Made by a program: the position numbers and the translations under genes. Under the pieces are notes generated by a model that was not told where the DNA came from, ran no database searches, and saw only the letters and a program-made list of their open reading frames with translations. A stretch of 64,000 nt of DNA from a virus. The stretch's first letter is position 1; every line of letters begins with the position of its first letter. The stretch lies in the IMG/VR virus record IMGVR_UViG_3300005913_000002; one strand, 5' to 3'. This document shows positions 10,409 to 18,003 of this stretch, in pieces.

Positions 10409-10708
10409 TTACAATCCTAACGAATCTCTAAGAGTTTGTAACTTAGGAAGATAAATTTCAATACCAGCAACAAGGTCAAATGTAGGATCTTTTAGAATAT
10501 TTCTATTTCTAACAGCAAACACCCACCACAAATTAACATCTTCATAAAGATCATATGCAAGTAAATCAGGACGATTCTCATATTGATTAGTTACTGTAAA
10601 AAGAATATCGTCTTTTTGATTAGGAAAAGATCTTAATGTAAGTACATCAAGATAACCGCCAGTTATCTCAGTAGCATAGTAAGGACTAGTTTTAGAATAT
10701 ATTGTCAT
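10409..10708 (-). CDS. Baseplate wedge gp53-like / LysM-type tail protein X
   Basis: YENRPDLLAYDLYEDVNLWWVFAVRN...DP motif is characteristic of gp53/tail-X proteins. Confidence 0.8.
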   Translation of the reverse strand: MTIYSKTSPYYATEITGGYLDVLTLRSFPNQKDDILFTVTNQYENRPDLLAYDLYEDVNLWWVFAVRNRNILKDPTFDLVAGIEIYLPKLQTLRDSLGL

Positions 10709-11976
10709 AGATAACCTTTTCCTGTGAATTCACCTGATAAAAATTTATCAACACTATAATTTTGTATTTCACGTCTACTGTAAATAGGTATTAAACTTAT
10801 TGCTAATACAGAAGATGTGGGTACTAAAGAATTTTCAAACGATGACTTAACCTGTATGTAATCAACTCCATCAGGCAAATCAAATTTAAAACTTTGTATA
10901 GCAACAGGAATATTTCTCAATTGATAATCTCCATACCCTTCTAAACGACATATGGGTGGGGGACTTCCGGCATTTTTATCTGTTCCGAACCGCATCTTAG
11001 TTAGCGCTCTTAATAAATGTTGAACTGCTAACCATTTTATACCATCTTGTTCATTTTGAACTGTAAATTTTCCGTTAATTTGTATAGCAGATACGCTGCT
11101 ATGCTTAAAGAAATATTGTGTATAATTGCTATGAAGAGGATTTACACTTCCATATTGTGCTTGAGTGTCGTAACTAATTTGAGGTGTGTACGGAAATAAC
11201 ACACCTCCTAGTTCAGATAACGACGAGGATTTACCTTTAAGATACTCTGTAGGTACTCTTATCATTACTCTTAAATCTTCAGCACCTGCCCATTTAGCAG
11301 AAGCAGGTTCTGGTTTGGTTAGTTGGGCGCCTGACGGAACTCCGGATGATCTTGGCGATGCAGTCGAATCTGCTTCGTCTGGGTTATTACCGGCAGCATA
11401 TGTTTCTGTACTATCTGCTTCGTCTGGGTTATTACCGGCAGGTGTATTGTTAGGGTCTGCCATTTTTTCAGCAGATTCAATATCAGTAGCAGATTCATTA
11501 GTTGCTTCTGGTGATTTAATAGTCGAAGTAGGGTCTGCTGCTTGGGCAGCATTTGCTTCTCCGTCTGCAACTTGGGCAGCAATATCCGCTTGTTCTTGTA
11601 CCGATATTGCTTCTTCTAATTCTCCGGCTTGCATGTCTACTTCAAAATATGTGGCAGCAGTAGAATTTCTTTCTGCATTTGCTTCGTCTGATTGTTGCTG
11701 CGCTGTGGCAATACGTTTTCGAGATTCCTGCATTGAAGTTTGTACTTCTACAAGCCTTGATTGCAAAGCAGGGTCGTTTGGATTTTGGTTTATTTGCGTG
11801 TTTAATGAATTAACTTCTCTAAGTTTGGCGGACTGTCCTTCGGTAGCAATAACATTTGTCAATGCCGCATATGCAGCATCAGATTTTGCTTTTGCGGCAT
11901 CATAAGCAGGTTTTGCAGCAGTGGCGGCTGCATTAGCATTTGCTAATCTTTGTTTAAGCGAGTCAATGTCGGCCAT
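10705..11976 (-). CDS. Tail tube initiator / baseplate-tube junction protein (gp48/gp54-like) with N-terminal coiled coil
   Basis: C-terminal GVLFPYTPQI...SPPPICRLEGYG...IPVAIQSFKFDLP resembles a tube-initiator fold. ATGA overlap with the gp53-like gene. Confidence 0.55.
   Translation of the reverse strand: MADIDSLKQRLANANAAATAAKPAYDAAKAKSDAAYAALTNVIATEGQSAKLREVNSLNTQINQNPNDPALQSRLVEVQTSMQESRKRIATAQQQSDEANAERNSTAATYFEVDMQAGELEEAISVQEQADIAAQVADGEANAAQAADPTSTIKSPEATNESATDIESAEKMADPNNTPAGNNPDEADSTETYAAGNNPDEADSTASPRSSGVPSGAQLTKPEPASAKWAGAEDLRVMIRVPTEYLKGKSSSLSELGGVLFPYTPQISYDTQAQYGSVNPLHSNYTQYFFKHSSVSAIQINGKFTVQNEQDGIKWLAVQHLLRALTKMRFGTDKNAGSPPPICRLEGYGDYQLRNIPVAIQSFKFDLPDGVDYIQVKSSFENSLVPTSSVLAISLIPIYSRREIQNYSVDKFLSGEFTGKGYL
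11368..11441. repeat. 29-bp exact direct repeat (2 copies, 45-bp period) encoding AGNNPDEAD
   Basis: ATCTGCTTCGTCTGGGTTATTACCGGCAG occurs at 11368-11396 and 11413-11441. Confidence 0.9.
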
Positions 11977-12027
11977 AAATATATTCCCTATACCTTATTT
12001 ACCACATAAAAAACCGTCATTAAATGG

Positions 12028-12057
12028 TTGACACACATGTGGCATATCTGCTACAAT
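12028..12057 (+). promoter_or_regulatory. Sigma70-type early promoter for gp55
   Basis: TTGACA (12028-12033), 18 nt spacer, extended -10 TG-C-TACAAT (hexamer 12052-12057). AGGGA RBS before ATG 12080. Confidence 0.8.
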
Positions 12058-12079
12058 ATTATAAAGGGACATTATAACT

Positions 12080-12979
12080 ATGACAATACTATCTCCAGGA
12101 CCAAAAGTTAGATATTTAAATAATAGAGATTTATTAGCAGAGATTCATAAAAGTAAAATTACTTTCAGCAGTTTCACCGATAAAAAATACAGTCAACACG
12201 ATATTATTTTAACTAATTTAGATAAAATTAATCGACTTACAGTCACTGATGCTAAAAGAGCACAGGCTAAACGAATAGGATTGTTGGCGTTTAATAAGGC
12301 CAGAGCAGAAGGAGATAAAAAAGTAAAGTTAGCAGAACTTACTCAGGACTATAAAACTATACAAAAAGTCGACTTAGTATTTCGAATTATGACATTTGAT
12401 CATATACCGCTAGCACCGGGACGTAAAAAAACAGTCAAGAGTACTGCAGACAGTCACGATAAGGTAAATTTTCCTCCTTTCCAACACTGGAAATACAATG
12501 ATAACGACGAACTTGTGTGTGTAGGTAAAAGTCATTGGAAAGGTGATCTAGACAAAGGATATTTTAGTAAAGAACATGGCAGAATTACTGAAAATCTTGG
12601 CAAAATGTTTATTAAACTTTCCGAACGATATGCACAACGTAGCAACTGGCGTGGTTATACTTATAATGAAGAAATGCGTGGACAAGCAATTCTACAGTTA
12701 AGTCAAATAGGATTACAGTTCGACGAATCAAAATCAGAAAATCCGTTTGCTTATTATACAGCGGCTGTTACTAATTCGTTTACTAGAGTACTAAACATTG
12801 AGAAAAAAAATCAAAATATTCGAGATGATATGCTGGAAATTAATGGGTTCACTCCAAGTATGACAAGACAATACCGTGATGAGTATGCGGAAGAAACTGC
12901 AAGGCAAGCAGAATTGTATAAAAACTTTAGAATGCCTAAATCGGAAGAAACAGATATCGAAAGCGGAACTGAAACTTGA
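12080..12979 (+). CDS. gp55: Late-transcription sigma factor, T4 gp55-like
   Basis: YLNNRDLLAEI at the N-terminus and NWRGYTYNEEM...FDESKSENPFAYYT....NSF.RVLNIEKK in the core; lies next to gp47/gp46 as in T4-like phages. Confidence 0.9.
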   Translation: MTILSPGPKVRYLNNRDLLAEIHKSKITFSSFTDKKYSQHDIILTNLDKINRLTVTDAKRAQAKRIGLLAFNKARAEGDKKVKLAELTQDYKTIQKVDLVFRIMTFDHIPLAPGRKKTVKSTADSHDKVNFPPFQHWKYNDNDELVCVGKSHWKGDLDKGYFSKEHGRITENLGKMFIKLSERYAQRSNWRGYTYNEEMRGQAILQLSQIGLQFDESKSENPFAYYTAAVTNSFTRVLNIEKKNQNIRDDMLEINGFTPSMTRQYRDEYAEETARQAELYKNFRMPKSEETDIESGTET

Positions 12980-13004
12980 CATTATTATATCAGCATGCTA
13001 CACT
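12976..13004 (+). promoter_or_regulatory. Sigma70-type early promoter for the gp47-gp46 operon
   Basis: TTGACA (12976-12981, overlapping the gp55 stop), 17 nt spacer, extended -10 TG-C-TACACT (hexamer 12999-13004), then a GGGAG RBS. Confidence 0.8.
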
Positions 13005-13027
13005 ATTAAATAGGGAGACTATTGTTA

Positions 13028-14041
13028 ATGGCTTTGTTTAAAAAAGTAGCGTGTTTTACAGACATACATTTTGGTTTAAAATCAAATTCAGCAACTCATA
13101 ATCAAGATTGTGAAGACTTTGTAGATTGGTTTATTGAAAACGCAAAACGAGAAGGTTGCGAAACTTGTATTTTTCTTGGCGATTGGCATCATAATCGCAA
13201 CTCGATTAATCTAACTACCTTAGATGCAAGCATTAGAAGTTTAGAAAAACTAGGTGCAGCATTCGAACAATTCTTTTGGTTCCCTGGTAATCACGATTTG
13301 TTTTACAAAGACAAACGAACTATTCACAGTGCTGCGTTCGGACATCATATTCCGGGTGTCACTGTAGTTGATAAAGTTACTACTATTGACGACGTAACCC
13401 TTGTTCCTTGGCTAGTAAGTGATGAATGGCGAGATATTACCAAGATCAAGAGCAAATATATGTTTGGGCATTTTGAATTACCTTTGTTCTACATGAACGC
13501 CATGGTACAAATGCCTGATCACGGTGAACTGCAAGCAGAACACTTTCATTATCAAGACTATGTGTTCAGTGGTCACTTCCACAAACGGCAAAATAAAGGA
13601 AAAGTTTGGTACATTGGCAATGCTTTCCCCCATAACTTTGCAGATACATGGGATGACGAGCGTGGCATGATGACACTAGAATGGGGCGGTGTGCCTCAAT
13701 TCATCGATTGGGAAGATGCTCCTAAATTTAGATCTGTAAAATTAAGCAGACTAATTGATGAAGAATCTTCGTTGATGAAAAATAAAATGTACATCAAAGT
13801 TGGATTAGATATCGATATCAGTTTTGAAGAAGCAAATTTTATTAAAGAAACATTTGTAGACAAATATGATATTAGAGAAATAAGTCTAATTCAAGAAAAA
13901 GAAAATTTAGATTCTATTTTAGATGATCAAACCGAAACAAAATTTGAAAGTGTAGATCAAATTGTTACAGATCAATTAGTGAATATCGATTCAAATTCAT
14001 TTGATAAAAAATTATTACTTTCAATTTATAACAACCTATGA
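13028..14041 (+). CDS. gp47: Recombination endonuclease subunit (Mre11/SbcD-like), gp47
   Basis: Metallophosphoesterase motifs DIHFG, LGDWHH, GNHD, GHF and SGHFH. ATG 13028 is the likely start (the track starts at TTG 13022). Confidence 0.93.
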   Translation: MALFKKVACFTDIHFGLKSNSATHNQDCEDFVDWFIENAKREGCETCIFLGDWHHNRNSINLTTLDASIRSLEKLGAAFEQFFWFPGNHDLFYKDKRTIHSAAFGHHIPGVTVVDKVTTIDDVTLVPWLVSDEWRDITKIKSKYMFGHFELPLFYMNAMVQMPDHGELQAEHFHYQDYVFSGHFHKRQNKGKVWYIGNAFPHNFADTWDDERGMMTLEWGGVPQFIDWEDAPKFRSVKLSRLIDEESSLMKNKMYIKVGLDIDISFEEANFIKETFVDKYDIREISLIQEKENLDSILDDQTETKFESVDQIVTDQLVNIDSNSFDKKLLLSIYNNL

Positions 14042-15822
14042 CTTTCAAACTCAATAATATAACTGTGAAAAATTTCATGAGTGTAGGCAATCAAACTCAG
14101 GCAGTTGATTTTGATAAAGCACAACTTACACTTGTATTAGGTGAAAACGTAGACTTAGGTGGAGATGATAGCGGCAGTCGAAATGGTACAGGTAAAACAA
14201 CTATTATTAATGCGCTTTCGTATGCATTGTATGGCCAGGCGCTAACCAATATTAAAAAAGAAAACTTAATTAACAAGACAAATGGGAAACATATGCTTGT
14301 TACTGTAGAGTTTGATACTAACGGGCAGGCTTTTCGAATTGAAAGAGGGCGTAAACCCAATGTACTAAAGTTTTTTGTAAATGATCAAGAGCAAAAAACA
14401 GAAGATCAAGACGAAAGTCAAGGCGATAGTCGAGAAACGCAAAAGTCTATTGAGCAATTGTTAGGCATGAGTCATACAATGTTTAAGCATTTAATTGCGT
14501 TAAACACTTATACTGAACCTTTTCTTTCAATGCGAGCAGCAGATCAGAGAGAAGTTATTGAACAATTGCTAGGCATTACACTACTGTCAGAAAAAGCAGA
14601 ACGATTAAAACAAGAAGTAAAGATTACAAAAGATGCTATTCAACAAGAAACATTCAGAATCGAAGGTGTTAAAACTGCGAACGAGAATGTACAGAAATCC
14701 ATTGACAGTTTGGGCATTAAAAGTTCGGCCTGGGAAACAAAAACAAACGAAGACCTCGAAAAGTTAGGAAGAGCAATACTACAATTAGAAAATGTAGACA
14801 TTGACGAAGAACTATTGCTTCATGAAAATCTAAAAGAATGGCTTTCAGATACTTCTACTGTTAAAGAATTGAATAAACAGCGGGCAACTCTTGAAAGTGC
14901 TAAGATACAGGCTGATAAATCAGTTAGCAAATATACTAGCGCTGTAGAAACCCTTGCAAATAAACAATGTCCGGCATGTGAGCAAGAACTACATGACTAC
15001 AAGCATGAAGAAATGTTACTTAAAGCACAAAAAGATCTAGAAGACAGTTTAATCTATGCAGATAAAGTTAATGTAGGTTTGTTGTCTATCAAAGAAACTA
15101 TTGATGCAATTGGAGATTTAGGAAGGCGGCCTGAAACATTTTATGAAACAGAAGCCGAAGCACTAGGTCATAAAAACAATCTTAATAGTTTAGAAACTAG
15201 TTTAACAAATAAAGTTGCAGAATTGAATCCGTATAAAGAACAAGTAGAAGAACTTAAACAGACTGCGCTACAAGTAATCAATTGGAATATCATTAACGAA
15301 TTAACTAAAACTAAAGATCATCAAGAGTTTTTGTTAAAGTTGTTGACTAATAAAGATAGTTTTATTCGTAAAAAGATTATTGACCAGAATTTAAGTTATC
15401 TAAACAAACGATTAGGATATTATATTTCTAAAATGGGATTGCCACATCAAGTAAAATTTCAAAATGATTTAAACGTTGAAATTACACAACTTGGACAAGA
15501 CCTTGACTTTGATAACTTATCACGTGGTGAACGTAACAGACTTATTTTAAGTCTAAGTTGGGCATTCCGAGATGTTTGGGAAGGACTTTACCAACAGGTT
15601 AATTTATTGTTCATTGACGAACTTATAGATGCAGGAATGGACAGTGCAGGTGTAGAATCCGGACTTGCTGTTCTAAAGAAGATGGCACGTGAACGCAATA
15701 AGAATATATACTTGATCAGTCACAAAGACGAGTTAGTGGGGCGAGTTAACACTGTACTTAAGGTTATCAAAGAGAACGGATTTACTTCTTACTCAAATGA
15801 TGCCGATCATATCGAGCATTAA
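14038..15822 (+). CDS. gp46: Recombination ATPase subunit (Rad50/SbcC-like), gp46
   Basis: KNFMSVG, Walker A NGTGKTT, coiled coil with zinc hook CPAC, signature LSRGE, Walker B LFIDE, ISH. ATGA overlap with gp47. Confidence 0.95.
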   Translation: MTFKLNNITVKNFMSVGNQTQAVDFDKAQLTLVLGENVDLGGDDSGSRNGTGKTTIINALSYALYGQALTNIKKENLINKTNGKHMLVTVEFDTNGQAFRIERGRKPNVLKFFVNDQEQKTEDQDESQGDSRETQKSIEQLLGMSHTMFKHLIALNTYTEPFLSMRAADQREVIEQLLGITLLSEKAERLKQEVKITKDAIQQETFRIEGVKTANENVQKSIDSLGIKSSAWETKTNEDLEKLGRAILQLENVDIDEELLLHENLKEWLSDTSTVKELNKQRATLESAKIQADKSVSKYTSAVETLANKQCPACEQELHDYKHEEMLLKAQKDLEDSLIYADKVNVGLLSIKETIDAIGDLGRRPETFYETEAEALGHKNNLNSLETSLTNKVAELNPYKEQVEELKQTALQVINWNIINELTKTKDHQEFLLKLLTNKDSFIRKKIIDQNLSYLNKRLGYYISKMGLPHQVKFQNDLNVEITQLGQDLDFDNLSRGERNRLILSLSWAFRDVWEGLYQQVNLLFIDELIDAGMDSAGVESGLAVLKKMARERNKNIYLISHKDELVGRVNTVLKVIKENGFTSYSNDADHIEH

Positions 15823-15828
15823 TACTAA

Positions 15829-16119
15829 ATGTTAGAGAAATATACAGAGATTTATAAAGAGTTCTTGGAAAAAGTCACAGAGTTGCATAATGCACACATT
15901 GGCTTTACTCAAAAACCAACAAATAAATCTTGTAGACGTTTAAGAAAGGCCATAGGCCAGTTAAAAGAACATATGAATCCGTTTAGGATGGAAGTATTTC
16001 AATTACAAAAAGAGTATAGTGAAATTCAAAAACAAATTTGGCTTGATCATAAAGAACAGATCCGTTTAAAGACAGAAGCCAAAGAACAAAGAAAACTTTT
16101 AAAGGAAAATAAAAAATGA
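15829..16119 (+). CDS. Small basic helical protein, possible divergent Hc1-like paralog
   Basis: In the operon, with an ATGA overlap to the next gene. FTQKPTNKSCRRLRKAIGQLK parallels FAAGNTAAGTRARKALAEMSK. Confidence 0.55.
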   Translation: MLEKYTEIYKEFLEKVTELHNAHIGFTQKPTNKSCRRLRKAIGQLKEHMNPFRMEVFQLQKEYSEIQKQIWLDHKEQIRLKTEAKEQRKLLKENKK

Positions 16120-16313
16120 GTACACAAAATGAACTTCAATCAGCGTTTGATGCATACATGGCAGAAGATGCAAAATTTGCTGCAGGTAATACGGCAGCAG
16201 GAACTCGTGCTCGTAAAGCACTTGCAGAAATGAGCAAGGCTGTCAAGGCACGTCGCAACGAAATCACAGCAGAAAAGAATGCTCGTGTTGAAACAAAAAA
16301 GGCTGCACAGTAA
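16116..16313 (+). CDS. Histone H1-like Hc1-family small DNA-binding protein
   Basis: KF.AGN.AAGTRARKAL.E..K..KA.R.E motif of the short Hc1-like family; AAGGA RBS. Confidence 0.75.
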   Translation: MSTQNELQSAFDAYMAEDAKFAAGNTAAGTRARKALAEMSKAVKARRNEITAEKNARVETKKAAQ

Positions 16314-16742
16314 TTGACTTGGACTTATCAAGGCAGTATAATTAATGAATTGCCCGAAGATTGTGTTGGATTTGTATATCTTATCTCTAACACAATTACC
16401 GGGCGTAAGTATATTGGTAAGAAATTAGCAAAATTTAGTAAAACGACCTACAAGACTGTAAAGTTAAAGAACGGCACAAAGAAGAAAAAAAAGATTCGAG
16501 GCAAAATTGAATCAGACTGGCAAACATATTATGGCTCGAGTCCTAATCTAACAACAGACGTTGTAGCATTAGGCACAGATAAATTCACTAGAGAAATCCT
16601 CTATTACTGTAAATCAAAATCAGAAACATCTTACATTGAGGCTCGAGAACAATTCGAGCGCAAAGTATTAGAATCCGACGAATACTATAACGGACATATA
16701 CAAGTCCGTGTCCATGGCTCTCACATAAAATCTAAAATTTAA
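16314..16742 (+). CDS. Stand-alone GIY-YIG (Seg-like) nuclease, catalytic domain only
   Basis: GFVYLISN...RKYIGKK, YYGSS, F.REIL, E(AREQ) and YYN motifs. TTG start directly after the Hc1 stop. No C-terminal DNA-binding module. Confidence 0.8.
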   Translation: MTWTYQGSIINELPEDCVGFVYLISNTITGRKYIGKKLAKFSKTTYKTVKLKNGTKKKKKIRGKIESDWQTYYGSSPNLTTDVVALGTDKFTREILYYCKSKSETSYIEAREQFERKVLESDEYYNGHIQVRVHGSHIKSKI

Positions 16743-17225
16743 GGCACCTTAAGCGGTAACAAGCAAGCGTCGGCAAATATCGGACGCCCTAAACCTGGAT
16801 TACGAATCGCAGGGATGGAAAACTCTCGCCGCTAAGAGTACTCAACTACTACCCGAAAGGATGAAGATCGCTAATCAAGACCTGCGATTTAGTTGTTTGA
16901 AGAGAATTGAATAGGCAAAAAGATGTAGGGTTTAACAAACGCCTACAGTGTTGTGCAATAAGATAGTGTTTAATGCATAACATGCCGTTGTAATAAGACA
17001 AGACGAGCAGGTATCGGACAACCGCCTGTGTTAAGTAGAAATACTTTGTAGTTTTAACACTATGTGGCTGCGCTACTCAGATAATGCAGATTTTTTTCTT
17101 TGCCCTGTGCGGGCGAAGTGTGACCACTTAATCTAGATAATAGTTTAAGTGCTTCGCATATCATTATTACTTCATTTATAACAGTTCGAGCGATAGCAAA
17201 GAACAGATGTACGCAGTACATCTTA
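16743..17225 (+). ncRNA. Candidate large structured non-coding RNA (family not recognised)
   Basis: About 480 nt without a credible ORF in a densely coded genome, visibly GC-richer than its flanks. It has at least 10 stems with G-U pairs, GAAA tetraloops, and a pseudoknot-like pairing (16805-16813 with 16881-16889; 16843-16848 with 16890-16895). Confidence 0.6.
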
Positions 17226-17229
17226 TTAA

Positions 17230-17237
17230 TATAAATA
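17230..17237 (+). promoter_or_regulatory. T4-type late promoter TATAAATA
   Basis: Exact consensus, upstream of the AAGGA RBS and ATG 17268. Confidence 0.8.
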
Positions 17238-17267
17238 ATCATGTTCGCTATTAAGGAAACAAACATC

Positions 17268-17783
17268 ATGCGTATAGATCAAATATTATCCGAATCTGCT
17301 ATTCGAGAATTAAATGAAGGTCCTGGATGGGATGCTGCTAAAGCAGGTATCAAAGGAGTTGCCAAAGGCATAGGTCAAGTAGCCAAAGGTGCTGCAATGG
17401 GTGTTCCTGGAGTAGTGGGCGGTGTTGCCAAAGGTGCTGGCGCAGTAGCAGGTGGTATTGCTGGTATGGGCAAGGCAGCAAAGCAGGGTTATAATGCAGG
17501 CAAATCAGCAGTAGCAGGTAACCCAACTACTGCAACAAATAAAGTTAACCCAGCAATGGGACAATCTACACAACAACTTGCAGCAGTTTCAAATTATAGA
17601 CAAACAAAAGATTTAGTTGCCAAATTAGATAAAAAAAGCAAGCAAAGAATTCTTGCTATCCTTGCACAAGACTTAGGTATTACAAATCAAGCAGCACCAG
17701 TTAAGAAGACTGTTAGTAAAATGGCTCCTCCCGGAACGCCGGCAGCAAAGCCTAAAGTAGTGCGTGGCGGCAAAGCAGTTTAA
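17268..17783 (+). CDS. Gly/Ala/Lys-rich late protein, possible internal head protein
   Basis: Late promoter plus AAGGAA RBS favour ATG 17268 (MRIDQILSE...) over 17241. Contains amphipathic GxAKG repeats. Confidence 0.6.
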   Translation: MRIDQILSESAIRELNEGPGWDAAKAGIKGVAKGIGQVAKGAAMGVPGVVGGVAKGAGAVAGGIAGMGKAAKQGYNAGKSAVAGNPTTATNKVNPAMGQSTQQLAAVSNYRQTKDLVAKLDKKSKQRILAILAQDLGITNQAAPVKKTVSKMAPPGTPAAKPKVVRGGKAV

Positions 17784-17998
17784 AAGAACGGCAATCCGCT
17801 TTTCTTAGTAGTTTCCATATTGTCCTTAATGATGATGTTAAGGACTTCTAAATCATCAGGTGCTAGATTGTATGCTTCGGATATAGTCATACCGCCCCTC
17901 ATATACCAACAAAGCCTGAATAGATTGTCTTTTAAGGCTTTTGTCTCTTTTTCCATTTTCCTACTCAGTTCGTCAATCTCTTCCAAACTGAGAGACAA
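17780..17998 (-). CDS. gp51-like baseplate/tail assembly chaperone; probably the C-terminal part of a frameshift product
   Basis: LCWYMRGGMTISEAYNL motif. Only a TTG start with no clear RBS; reachable by a -1 slip from the upstream ORF. Confidence 0.6.
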   Translation of the reverse strand: MSLSLEEIDELSRKMEKETKALKDNLFRLCWYMRGGMTISEAYNLAPDDLEVLNIIIKDNMETTKKSGLPFF

Positions 17999-18003
17999 AA
18001 GCC

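Noticed and set aside
11186-11905. 239-aa plus-strand ORF and similar antisense ORFs (3049, 3982, 6797, 23314, 25028)
   Set aside because: Fully nested opposite well-supported genes, with Ser-rich shadow composition.
16314-16742. Ordinary mobile homing endonuclease insertion
   Set aside because: Not excluded, but it lacks DNA-binding modules and is tightly coupled in the operon, so it was not called a mobile element.
16743-17225. tRNA, tmRNA, RNase P or canonical group I intron
   Set aside because: No cloverleaf or T-loop with CCA end, no GAGGAAAGUCC, no canonical P7 G-binding site, and the flanking genes are complete rather than interrupted.
17060-17269. 69-aa minus-strand ORF
   Set aside because: No RBS or recognisable motif; it overlaps a late promoter and the structured region.
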